This document shows, piece after piece, positions 47,591-56,182 of a stretch of 64,000 nt of DNA. Within the stretch, counting starts at the first letter, position 1; each line of letters begins with the position of its first letter. Origin of the DNA: an uncultured Bacilli bacterium. Lineage in GTDB: Bacteria > Bacillota_I > Bacilli_A > RF39 > UBA660. The stretch lies in assembly GCA_944332265.1 (NCBI GenBank), contig CALVJQ010000003.1:9083-73082 (forward strand), written 5' to 3'. Both the position numbers and the translations under genes were made by a program. The notes under the pieces were generated by a model. That model was not told the DNA's origin and did no database searches. It was given only the letters and a program-made list of their open reading frames with translations.

Positions 47591-48577
47591 TTATGATAAT
47601 TCAACTGTGTAATCATTTGTTATATAAATACTATTTGGAGTATCTTCTTTAGTAGCTATTACAAAGAATGATATAGTAAATGATTTAATCTCTTTTACTT
47701 GATCTTTAGGTATAATAATACTAAATAAATTAGCAGCTCCACGATATAAAGAGAAATTTAAGTCACGATAATCATAGATTTCACCATTTATTATCAATTT
47801 TTTTACTCTTATTTGTTTATTATTGGCATAGGTATTATTTTTAGCATGGAAATAAATATATGTATTATCTTGATCGGTAATTGTTTCATAATAATTAATA
47901 TCTATCTCTTGATCATTTTTATAAATATTGATTAAGCCTTCTAATTCAGTTTTAAAATCAATATTATTAGATACAGAGAATTTACAACGTTTTAAAGTTG
48001 ATTCTTCACCATATTGAGTAAAACGATAAAAGAAAGTTATTTCTTTTAAACCTGTTATTTTCAAAGGAACTAGTTCGGTTCTTAAAATTCTTAAAGTTCC
48101 TGTAGTTGGTTTTTGATCTTTAACTAGGCCTTCATCTTTCTTTTCATTAATGGTTAAGGTAGAACTAACTTCAAAACCATTTATAAGAACTTTCTCAATT
48201 GTTAAATCGGAATCGCCATTAGGAAAAAGATAATCAACAGATATAGTATATCCTTTATCATCTAACTTGACATCATATATTCTTAGACTTCCACCATTTA
48301 CGTTTTCGGTTTCATTTAGTTTACTAGGTAAAACTAAATCATCTCGGTCATTATTTTTTGAAGATTCACCATTCTTATTTTTTTCTTTTTCCTCTTTTGA
48401 ACTATCGCTTTGCCATGGTAATTTTAACTCCCAATCGATTTCTGAGCGATGAAGATAAATATAATATCCACCATAACCTAATCCAGCAATAGCAAGAATT
48501 AAAAGAAAAAATAAACCAACTTTATTAGCTGAACGTTTTTCAAAATGAACAACATTTTTATCATTTCTATTATTCAT
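47591..48577 (-). CDS. membrane-anchored extracytoplasmic protein with two similar beta-rich modules
   Basis: N-terminal TM (GLFFLLILAIAGLGYGGYYIY). Repeated ..KVLINGFEV.. / ..KLIINGEIY.. modules. AGGTGAT RBS. Confidence 0.6.
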   Translation of the reverse strand: MNNRNDKNVVHFEKRSANKVGLFFLLILAIAGLGYGGYYIYLHRSEIDWELKLPWQSDSSKEEKEKNKNGESSKNNDRDDLVLPSKLNETENVNGGSLRIYDVKLDDKGYTISVDYLFPNGDSDLTIEKVLINGFEVSSTLTINEKKDEGLVKDQKPTTGTLRILRTELVPLKITGLKEITFFYRFTQYGEESTLKRCKFSVSNNIDFKTELEGLINIYKNDQEIDINYYETITDQDNTYIYFHAKNNTYANNKQIRVKKLIINGEIYDYRDLNFSLYRGAANLFSIIIPKDQVKEIKSFTISFFVIATKEDTPNSIYITNDYTVELS

Positions 48578-48673
48578 ATTATCACCTATTATTAATATTA
48601 TAACATAAAGATTATTAAATTATGGAAGTATATTTAAGTTTATTATATAATCTTAAATATAGAGGTAGTTTAT

Positions 48674-49582
48674 ATGAAGAAGTATATTATTTTCTTTTTT
48701 AGTATTTTTTTACTTTTATTAAATATAACATATGCTTATGAAATAGATTTAAATAATGAAATTATATCTTTTGATAAAATAGAAAATTTTAATTTACAAG
48801 GGTTTACTACAACTGATAAATATTTATTTTTAGTATTAGTAGAAAGAGATGATAAATCATCAATTATAATGATTTATAATTTAGATGATTATAAATTAGT
48901 AAAGACTATTTTTTATTCTAGTTTAGGACATGCTAATGATGTCACTTATAATAGAAAAACGGATAAAATATATGTTTTAAGAGGAAATGGTAGTTCTTTA
49001 GTAGATGTATTTAATGGAGAATCCTTTCAATATGAAGAGACAATAGATGTTAAATTACCAATTAGAAGTATTACTTATGTAGATACTAAAGATGAGTACT
49101 ATGTTAGAACTGTTGCAACGGGTTTTAGATTAGATAATAAATTTAAATTAGCAAGTAAAATTCCTTTTGTAATAGGGATGAATTTTAATAATGATATTGG
49201 AAGACAAGGATGGCAATATTATAACGGATATATCTATTATGCTAATTGGTCTTGGGTACGTTTAGGAGGAGACGGTTCTAATATTATCTATATATATAAT
49301 TTAGAAGGAAAAGAAATGGATTATTTACATACTAGCAGGGATATTGGAGAGATAGAAGGGATTTCTTTTTATAAAGATAAAATGATTTTAGGATTTAATG
49401 GATATGATAATAAAGTAAAATTTTATATTAGAGATATTCCTCCAGTATTAGAAAAAGAAAAGAAAGAAAAGATAAATAATGATAAAGAAGAAATAAAGAA
49501 TTATAACATTTTAAATTATATAGTTTTGATATTTTTAGTAGTTAGTCTTTGTTTAATAGTAAAAAAGAAAATGTGTAAGTAA
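48674..49582 (+). CDS. secreted protein with C-terminal TM anchor, unknown function
   Basis: Signal peptide (IIFFFSIFLLLLNITYA), C-terminal helix plus KKKMCK. AGAGGTAG RBS. No LPxTG-like motif. Confidence 0.65.
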   Translation: MKKYIIFFFSIFLLLLNITYAYEIDLNNEIISFDKIENFNLQGFTTTDKYLFLVLVERDDKSSIIMIYNLDDYKLVKTIFYSSLGHANDVTYNRKTDKIYVLRGNGSSLVDVFNGESFQYEETIDVKLPIRSITYVDTKDEYYVRTVATGFRLDNKFKLASKIPFVIGMNFNNDIGRQGWQYYNGYIYYANWSWVRLGGDGSNIIYIYNLEGKEMDYLHTSRDIGEIEGISFYKDKMILGFNGYDNKVKFYIRDIPPVLEKEKKEKINNDKEEIKNYNILNYIVLIFLVVSLCLIVKKKMCK

Positions 49583-49600
49583 ATTACACATTTTTATATT
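49572..49600. terminator. bidirectional terminator between convergent genes
   Basis: GTGTAA-GTAAA-TTACAC hairpin with T-runs on both strands. Confidence 0.5.
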
Positions 49601-51159
49601 TGATAGAAATTAATACGAATATTACGATTATAATCAGATAAGATAATAGAGATAAAATCATCAAGTGTTATTTCTAAATGGAAAGTACGATGATAATCTT
49701 TAGGACTAAAATCATCAAATATTAACATTTTACTCTCTTGATTATAGTTATAACGACCATTTATAATAGCTTCTTTTATGTATTTTAATTTTGTCTTATT
49801 AATATTAGATTCACGACGATTTGAATCTTTAGCATCTTCTAATTCTAGACGAAGAACTTTTATTTCTTTTACTAATCTTTCTAGTTCTGAACAACTACGG
49901 CTAAAACCTTGACTAGTAGCTTCAACATATTTAATATCTGCTTTAGGATGTAACTTAGAATTTTCTAAATAACGATTGATACGGCGATTTATAGTAACTA
50001 CTTTCTTATTTAATACTGAAAGATTACTAATAATACTTTTATATTCTGGGGTTTCATAATCAATTATTGAAGGTCTTAAATCTTTTAATTTTAATAAAGC
50101 ATAATTAAAGTATTTATGTAAATTATTTTCATCATATATATAATTTATATAGAAATTAGCTATAGCTAAAGCATTTAATAGTTCTTCACGACGATCATTT
50201 AAAGAAAATAATTTACGGCATTCTTGAAGACTATAATTACATTTATAAGCATGAGATAGACTACGTAACATTTCGTAACTTTCAATAAGTTTTCTTTTAT
50301 TTATATTAGATTTACTATTATAGCAATTAAATGTATCGTCTAAATACTCTTTAAGTAAATTAGTATCACTTTCTTCATTATATATTTTTTCTAATTTAGT
50401 TTTATCTTCTTTTGATAAAGAAATGTTTTTCTTATTAATTGATAAAGAATATTTTTCTTTAGATAGTCTACTATTAATATCTTTTAATTGTTCGAAATCA
50501 TAATCTTTAATAACAGATAAAACATCTATTAAATATTTAATATCTTGATATGTTAATTTTTTACCATCTTTTCGTGATACATTATATTCATGTAATTGAG
50601 TATTCTTTAGAAAATGACGGAAGTTATTTTTATCTTTAGGAAGAGTAATTGTATTAAAATAATATACATATCCATCTATAGATAAATTTACATTATTATT
50701 TAACGAAGTAATTAAGAAGTCTGTAAATTCAACTAACCAATCTGAATCGACAATTAAGCCATTATCAAATTTAATAGTACTATTATAATTACAAATGTAT
50801 TCACCATTAGCAAGAGCTTTTCTTATATAATCTATTAATATTTCATCACTCTTAATTTGGGGAACTTGACGTTTAAAGTAACTAATACCTTTAACTTTGT
50901 CTAGATAGTATTTTAATTCTTTTTTATCTATTTTTTCATATTCTTCTTTAGATATTTTATCTTTATTATTCATTATTTGTAATGAAGTATAAAGTAAATC
51001 TAAGGAAATATAATCAAAATCATTAATAAACTTAATACTTTTACTACGATTGTTAATGATTTTTTCTAAATAGATACTAAGAAATTCATTTGACTTAGTC
51101 ATATGAATGAATGTATTTAATTTAGATATATTATCTAATAAAGTATTTCCCCTTTTCAT
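49594..51159 (-). CDS. 521-aa soluble orphan protein with duplicated YI[RK]xA[LI]xNG[ER]Y..NYN motif
   Basis: AGGTGAG RBS. Motif copies at about residues 111-132 and 460-482. No catalytic motif recognised. Confidence 0.7.
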   Translation of the reverse strand: MKRGNTLLDNISKLNTFIHMTKSNEFLSIYLEKIINNRSKSIKFINDFDYISLDLLYTSLQIMNNKDKISKEEYEKIDKKELKYYLDKVKGISYFKRQVPQIKSDEILIDYIRKALANGEYICNYNSTIKFDNGLIVDSDWLVEFTDFLITSLNNNVNLSIDGYVYYFNTITLPKDKNNFRHFLKNTQLHEYNVSRKDGKKLTYQDIKYLIDVLSVIKDYDFEQLKDINSRLSKEKYSLSINKKNISLSKEDKTKLEKIYNEESDTNLLKEYLDDTFNCYNSKSNINKRKLIESYEMLRSLSHAYKCNYSLQECRKLFSLNDRREELLNALAIANFYINYIYDENNLHKYFNYALLKLKDLRPSIIDYETPEYKSIISNLSVLNKKVVTINRRINRYLENSKLHPKADIKYVEATSQGFSRSCSELERLVKEIKVLRLELEDAKDSNRRESNINKTKLKYIKEAIINGRYNYNQESKMLIFDDFSPKDYHRTFHLEITLDDFISIILSDYNRNIRINFYQI

Positions 51160-51178
51160 ATTCTCACCTATTATAAAT

Positions 51179-51207
51179 TATATCACAATATGGTTAATTG
51201 TGATATA
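51179..51207. repeat. 11-bp perfect inverted repeat between the DUF523 gene and the 521-aa gene (operator or weak terminator)
   Basis: TATATCACAAT-ATGGTTA-ATTGTGATATA. On the minus strand it is followed by ATTTATAAT rather than a clean T-run and overlaps -10-like hexamers. Confidence 0.4.
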
Positions 51208-51218
51208 TTAATTTTCCT

Positions 51219-51662
51219 TTAGTTTTCATTATATATTTTAGCTATTTCTTCTTCTGTTAAAATAGTAAAATTATTATCTTTTAATAATTCAGCAGTTATA
51301 CCATGACCATCTATTTGTTGATGTTTAAATGTTCCATCATAGATTTTTTGATAACCACATGAAGGGCTGCGAGCTTTTAAAATAGCTTTGGTAACATTTA
51401 ACTTTTTAGCTAGTTTAAAAGTTTCTTCTGCTCCACGTTTAAAGTTTTCGGTTACGTCTATTCCTTTATTACTAAAAACTTTATTACCTACTCTTTCTGA
51501 TGGGTCACGTGGTGTTGGTAAGCCACCCATTATTTCTGGGCAAATAGGAATAACTTCTTTATCTTCAAGATATTTTAAAACTTGCTTATTTTCGTTATTT
51601 CCTCCTTCATATTTGCAATTAACTCCTAGTAAACAAGCACTAACTAAGACTTTTTCTTTCAT
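51219..51662 (-). CDS. DUF523 family protein (TudS-like 2-thiouracil desulfurase family)
   Basis: VSACLLG.NC.Y.G, ICPE..GGLPTPR.P and SPSCG Cys motifs. Confidence 0.85.
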   Translation of the reverse strand: MKEKVLVSACLLGVNCKYEGGNNENKQVLKYLEDKEVIPICPEIMGGLPTPRDPSERVGNKVFSNKGIDVTENFKRGAEETFKLAKKLNVTKAILKARSPSCGYQKIYDGTFKHQQIDGHGITAELLKDNNFTILTEEEIAKIYNEN

Positions 51663-51676
51663 ATTTAACCTTCTTT

Positions 51677-53218
51677 CTAGTTATTAAAAGTAACTATTTT
51701 ACCAGCAAGAATAATATCATTTGTTTCATTATTAATTATTAAAAAGCAGAATGGACGATTGAAAACTATTTTCTTTTCATCTTCTTCTTCTGTATAGGAA
51801 TCTAAATTATTTAACTGGATTGATGATGAAACTGTTCCTTTTTCGCCTATTTCTAAGTATATTTTTTGAATACTTTTAGAAAGATATAAATCTTTATCAG
51901 TAATTTTACTGTAATTAGCATTTTTACTAAATAGTTCTTTGATATTTTGTTCTTCGATAAGTTTATTTAAAGATACCTCTGTACGAAGAGAATATTTTGG
52001 TAATCCTATAGTTATATTTTCTTCTTTTTCTTGCGTAAGTAAACTATCAAGATCTAGAGAACTTAAACTAAAATCTCCTTCTTTTTTAGGCAATATGCCA
52101 ACATAGCTATATTTTTTATTTTGAAAATCCTTAATAAAGCCACGGGCATTATTGTTTTCTAGATAACGAGTTTCTTTAGAGTACATCATTTCTACTTGAT
52201 TAATATTACCATCTAATTCATAAAATTCTTCATTTCGAACATTGTTAGAACTGATTATTTTATCCCATTCGTAATTAAAATATAAACTATTTATCATTAT
52301 GTTATCAGAAGGGAAATCAGATTTTTCAACAATACGATTTAAATGGTTGTCAGTTATTTTTTGAATTTCTTCATTAATATATGTAACTGATTCTTCAATA
52401 TTTTTTAAGTCTAAAAAAGTTATGTTAGTATTATAATCTTTTAAGATAGTTAAATAATCTTCGTTGATATCTTTTTCTTCTAGGCTATCATCAAAATATA
52501 ATTCATGATAATTAATTATTTTATTATTAATTGAATATGTTTCATAATTATCTAAGGTTTCATTAAGTAGTGTTTCTAAAGTATATTCATTAGTAATTAC
52601 TTCATCTGTAAGACTATAATTTTTAATATATTTTAAAGTAACATTATTTTTATTATTAAGACGATTGTAAACTAAATTAATTTTTTCTAATAATTCTTGA
52701 AGTTCTTTTTTTTCTGAATTAGAGAGAAGTCTAATAGTTGATGAGTTTAAATTATGGTATTTTTTTGCTTCTAAGTCTTTTATATATTCTTCATATAATT
52801 CTGTAAAATCATTGCTTTTCTTATTCTCATTTTTAAATGAAGATAGTTTAGATAATATTATAGAATTAATCTTGGAACTAGAATTATTAAAGTATTTTTT
52901 TAATTCTTTATTAGTGTTGTTATCTGAGCCATTATATAATAATGCTAAAGAAGAGTTAATATTTAATGGAGAGATAACTATATTCTCGTTATTATTTATA
53001 GTATCTAACATATTAGCTGCTTGATTAGCAGTAAATAGTTTACCAGTATAGTATCTTGCTTCCCCTACTAATTGATTTTTGGCATTATAATTATTCAATA
53101 TAAACATAATAGCTATAATTATAATAATTAAGGCTATAATTATAATAGATGTTTTAAAGATTATTTTATTATTCAATTCTCTCCTAGCGGAGAGGATTGG
53201 TTTTTGTTTTTTCTTCAT
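51677..53218 (-). CDS. serpin-family protease inhibitor, N-terminally membrane anchored, with a large insertion
   Basis: NIVISPLNINSSLALLYNGS..T..EL, NSLYFNYEW, reactive-loop hinge GEKGTVSSS and C-terminal FNRPFCFLIIN..T..IL.AGKI. Confidence 0.85.
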   Translation of the reverse strand: MKKKQKPILSARRELNNKIIFKTSIIIIALIIIIIAIMFILNNYNAKNQLVGEARYYTGKLFTANQAANMLDTINNNENIVISPLNINSSLALLYNGSDNNTNKELKKYFNNSSSKINSIILSKLSSFKNENKKSNDFTELYEEYIKDLEAKKYHNLNSSTIRLLSNSEKKELQELLEKINLVYNRLNNKNNVTLKYIKNYSLTDEVITNEYTLETLLNETLDNYETYSINNKIINYHELYFDDSLEEKDINEDYLTILKDYNTNITFLDLKNIEESVTYINEEIQKITDNHLNRIVEKSDFPSDNIMINSLYFNYEWDKIISSNNVRNEEFYELDGNINQVEMMYSKETRYLENNNARGFIKDFQNKKYSYVGILPKKEGDFSLSSLDLDSLLTQEKEENITIGLPKYSLRTEVSLNKLIEEQNIKELFSKNANYSKITDKDLYLSKSIQKIYLEIGEKGTVSSSIQLNNLDSYTEEEDEKKIVFNRPFCFLIINNETNDIILAGKIVTFNN

Positions 53219-53281
53219 ATAATATACCGCTTTCTATTTTAAGAATAATCTTCGGTGTATTGCTATTATAACATAATATTT

Positions 53282-53743
53282 TTAAATGCGTATTTGTTTT
53301 CTAATCATTTTAACTATATAGTTAAATAAGAAATAATATAAAAGAATCCAAATAACAATTGAAAAAGCTATAAACGTATATTTTTCTTTATTTAAGCAAT
53401 AGATAATATCTAATATCATTACGGAAGTTAATAATGAAGTAAAAATAGCTATTAAAATATATTTACATAGTTGATTAGTTGATTTGATTAATTTATCAAT
53501 ATAATCACTTACTTCGTTATTATCATTGCGACCAAATACCATTTGGACTATTGTTAAAAGCATTTTTACTATATTAATGATATTAAGGGTACAAAAAAGA
53601 AAAAGAAGGGGGATAAGAATAAATAAGTAATAATATGAAACAGCTACTAATAATTTATATATGAAGTAAGAAATAATAGTATAAAATATAATACTTATTA
53701 TATAAAAAGTAATATTTAATATTTTATTTCTTTTTAGTTCCAT
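53282..53743 (-). CDS. 4-TM membrane protein, unknown function
   Basis: Start ATG 53743 behind AAGGTGA; the track start 53770 is a GTG without an RBS. Confidence 0.55.
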   Translation of the reverse strand: MELKRNKILNITFYIISIIFYTIISYFIYKLLVAVSYYYLFILIPLLFLFCTLNIINIVKMLLTIVQMVFGRNDNNEVSDYIDKLIKSTNQLCKYILIAIFTSLLTSVMILDIIYCLNKEKYTFIAFSIVIWILLYYFLFNYIVKMIRKQIRI

Positions 53744-53803
53744 AAAATCACCTTTTTTATTCTTAAACACTTCTCTATTATATTTTTATTATAACATATT
53801 TTA

Positions 53804-54259
53804 TTATAAATGTTTTATTAATGATTCATATAATAAATCAACAATATGATTTGATGGTTGTAATTGATATTTAGAAATTAATTCTTCAATGATATTATCA
53901 TTATATTTAGTGTCTAAATAATTAAAGATTGATTCTTTATAGTTAGGGAGTTTTTGTAAATAATTTAAAGTATATTGATTATCAATTATTAGTAAAGGTA
54001 GATTGTTACTCCATTTTGCAAAACTATCGAGAATTTCTTTAGTGCTATTTTGATATGTGAATTGTTCTTTATCATAAGAAATCATTTCGATAAAGTCAGG
54101 GATTGCTATTAGGTCTTCACGAAGACGATAGTCAAATCGTTCTTTAAGATTTAAACCTTTAAGTTTTAAAGCTGATAGTTGAATTATGTCACCACGAATG
54201 GGATCTACAGCAGTGGGAATTATTTCTAAAATAATGTATTCTTCTTTTAATAAATTCAT
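53804..54259 (-). CDS. hypothetical protein, possibly a degenerate DEDD (DnaQ-like) exonuclease fold
   Basis: YIILEIIPTAVDP..GDIIQLSALKL stands where FVV.D.ETTG....IIEIGAVK is expected (Exo I acidic pair not conserved). LLIIDNQYTLNYL stands at the Exo II position. Start ATG 54259 (AAAGGAAG). Confidence 0.3.
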   Translation of the reverse strand: MNLLKEEYIILEIIPTAVDPIRGDIIQLSALKLKGLNLKERFDYRLREDLIAIPDFIEMISYDKEQFTYQNSTKEILDSFAKWSNNLPLLIIDNQYTLNYLQKLPNYKESIFNYLDTKYNDNIIEELISKYQLQPSNHIVDLLYESLIKHL

Positions 54260-54287
54260 ATATTTACTTCCTTTCAAAGTAAATTAT

Positions 54288-54320
54288 AACAAATAAAAGA
54301 AGGTATATTAAGTACCTTCT
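54288..54320 (-). terminator. rho-independent terminator after the 269-aa secreted protein gene
   Basis: AGAAGGTA-TATTAAG-TACCTTCT hairpin followed on the minus strand by TTTTATTTGTT. Confidence 0.65.
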
Positions 54321-54418
54321 TGGCATATGTAGTTATATGTAACTACTAAAAACGAATAAACTTTTTTTATATGTAATTATCTTTTAAGTAATTTCTTAAT
54401 CGGTGATGATATAAAAAA

Positions 54419-55228
54419 TTACCAAGTACCTTCCCAGTATGCGGTTGCTGTCCCCATTTCGTCGTAATAAGACTTAATTCCATTTAATGTTATACCGCCT
54501 GTATCAACATAAAATTGCTTAGCTCGGTCATATGAAATAGATTTAGTTGCATGAGAATAATCTGCAACACAGACTTGGCTTACAATGGTTGAACTAGGGT
54601 TTCTTTTTTCAACTTCAACTAGCAAGGTTTGTTTTAGGGATGTTAAAGTTCCAGAAGGTAAACGGAAGACAGCAGCACCACCATTTAAGCCTTCATATGG
54701 ATAATATCCTTGGGTTTCATCACAATCATTTGCGCTACGACAATATTCATTTGCTAAATCAATTACTGTCGCAACTTTCACACTAGCGTAGAATCCAACA
54801 CCAATAATATCGTAACTACGAGTTTTAGGAATATTTTTCCACTCTAGTATGGCACGATAACGGAATAGTTCATCACTATACTTAGTTATTATCGATGTAA
54901 GTCGTTTATATGCTGTTTCAGTAGACCAGTTTTCAATCACATCACGAGGAGCCATTTTAAGTTCTTCATCAGTTGGGGCATTATCATATTCTTCTTTAGT
55001 TACTTCGGTGGTGATTGATGATATCTCACCTAAATTAGCTTTAATCATTAAATCTGAACGGCTAATTACTGTAACTGTTTTATAATATTTAGTCGTTTCA
55101 GCAACAACTTCTTCTCCTGGTGCTAAATCTAATTCACTATAATCTATAGCTTTAACTTTAGACATAGATAAAGTAAAGCAAAACATTAAAATTAACATAA
55201 CGACATAACGATTCTTTAACCTTTTCAC
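54419..55228 (-). CDS. secreted protein (269 aa), unknown function, visibly GC-richer than neighbours
   Basis: GTG 55228 sits 6 nt after AGGAGG. Signal peptide VKRLKNRYVVMLILMFCFTLSMSKVKA. No motif recognised. Confidence 0.65.
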   Translation of the reverse strand: MKRLKNRYVVMLILMFCFTLSMSKVKAIDYSELDLAPGEEVVAETTKYYKTVTVISRSDLMIKANLGEISSITTEVTKEEYDNAPTDEELKMAPRDVIENWSTETAYKRLTSIITKYSDELFRYRAILEWKNIPKTRSYDIIGVGFYASVKVATVIDLANEYCRSANDCDETQGYYPYEGLNGGAAVFRLPSGTLTSLKQTLLVEVEKRNPSSTIVSQVCVADYSHATKSISYDRAKQFYVDTGGITLNGIKSYYDEMGTATAYWEGTW

Positions 55229-55358
55229 TTCTTTCCTCCTTTCTATGTCAATCGTAACATAAAAGCAGAAAAAAAGACGATAGAGCATTTCTCTATTTAA
55301 TAGAGTTTAACTCTAATCGATTTTTTAATATTTTAACTATTTATATACTTTTATAAGT

Positions 55359-56126
55359 TTAAATGGTAAATTCTTCAGTTGCAGTTAATTTAACACTCAA
55401 TTCATCGCTTTCTTTCTCATTAGATTTATAAATTATAGTAATGTCCATTTTATCTAATTCATTAGTGTACTTATTAATATTTACATCCGATATGGAAGGC
55501 TTCGTTTGATTAGTGACTATTTCATCAAATAGTTCATTTAATTGTTTAGCTGGTTTCTTCTTAAAATTGTAGTTAAAACGATATACAATATCACCATCTA
55601 TAGTTATGTATATGTTTACTTCTTTAGCAACTAGTTCTTCATCTGTACCTATAGATGGGTCTTGATACTTAATTTTATTTAGAATAAAGCAATTATCTGT
55701 ATCATTATAAATTAAATAGCCGTTAATATAGAAAGATGGATCGGCACTAGTTATTTCAAAAATATGAGGTGTTTTAAGATTAATTATTTTACTTTCTTTA
55801 GCTTTTATTAAATTTTGAACAATTAAAATAAGTAAGATTATTAGAAGAATAAAAATAATAATATTAAAAAGAAAGAATGGTTTCTTTTTATGATGTCTCT
55901 TTCTTTTAGATAGAGTATCTGAAGCTGGATTAATTAAATCCATCATATCTACTCCTAATACTTCACTTAAGGGACCTAACATTGAAATATCTGGTAAATT
56001 ACAACCACATTCCCATTTACTAATAGCAGTATTACTTAATCCTAGTTTTTCACCTAGTTCTTTTTGTGTTAGTCCTTTCTTCTTTCTTAGTTCTTCAATG
56101 TGTTTACCTATTTCGTTTTGATTCAT
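55359..56126 (-). CDS. XRE-family HTH regulator with TM helix and extracytoplasmic C-terminal domain
   Basis: IEELRKKKGLTQKELGEKLGLSNTAISKWECG (HTH_3), TM FFLFNIIIFILLIILLILIV. Start ATG 56126 (AGGAG, 8-nt spacing). Confidence 0.8.
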   Translation of the reverse strand: MNQNEIGKHIEELRKKKGLTQKELGEKLGLSNTAISKWECGCNLPDISMLGPLSEVLGVDMMDLINPASDTLSKRKRHHKKKPFFLFNIIIFILLIILLILIVQNLIKAKESKIINLKTPHIFEITSADPSFYINGYLIYNDTDNCFILNKIKYQDPSIGTDEELVAKEVNIYITIDGDIVYRFNYNFKKKPAKQLNELFDEIVTNQTKPSISDVNINKYTNELDKMDITIIYKSNEKESDELSVKLTATEEFTI

Positions 56127-56157
56127 ATTCATCACTCCTAAGTAGATATTGTTATCA

Positions 56158-56182
56158 TATAAAAAGCACTCTAGGAGTGCTT
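56158..56182 (-). terminator. rho-independent terminator closing the three-gene operon
   Basis: AAGCACTC-TAG-GAGTGCTT hairpin overlapping the stop codon, followed on the minus strand by TTTTT. Confidence 0.6.

Noticed and set aside
247-53024. Plus-strand ORFs of 60-125 aa in the supplied track: 247..429, 3810..4064, 8830..9018, 12380..12580, 16678..16881, 20820..21047, 22171..22548, 22759..22965, 27731..27946, 29946..30173, 32404..32586, 32576..32773, 35237..35425, 35437..35649, 35926..36111, 37603..37920, 38780..38968, 44333..44524, 48267..48452, 51388..51687, 52812..53024. Also minus-strand 5363..5557 inside lexA.
   Set aside because: Each lies antisense within (or mostly within) a gene with clear family motifs. 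None has an RBS, and all have low-complexity F/L/I/S-rich translations typical of the reverse frame of AT-rich genes. The longest (37603..37920, antisense to hup, and 22171..22548) are explained by the lack of stops opposite strongly biased codons.
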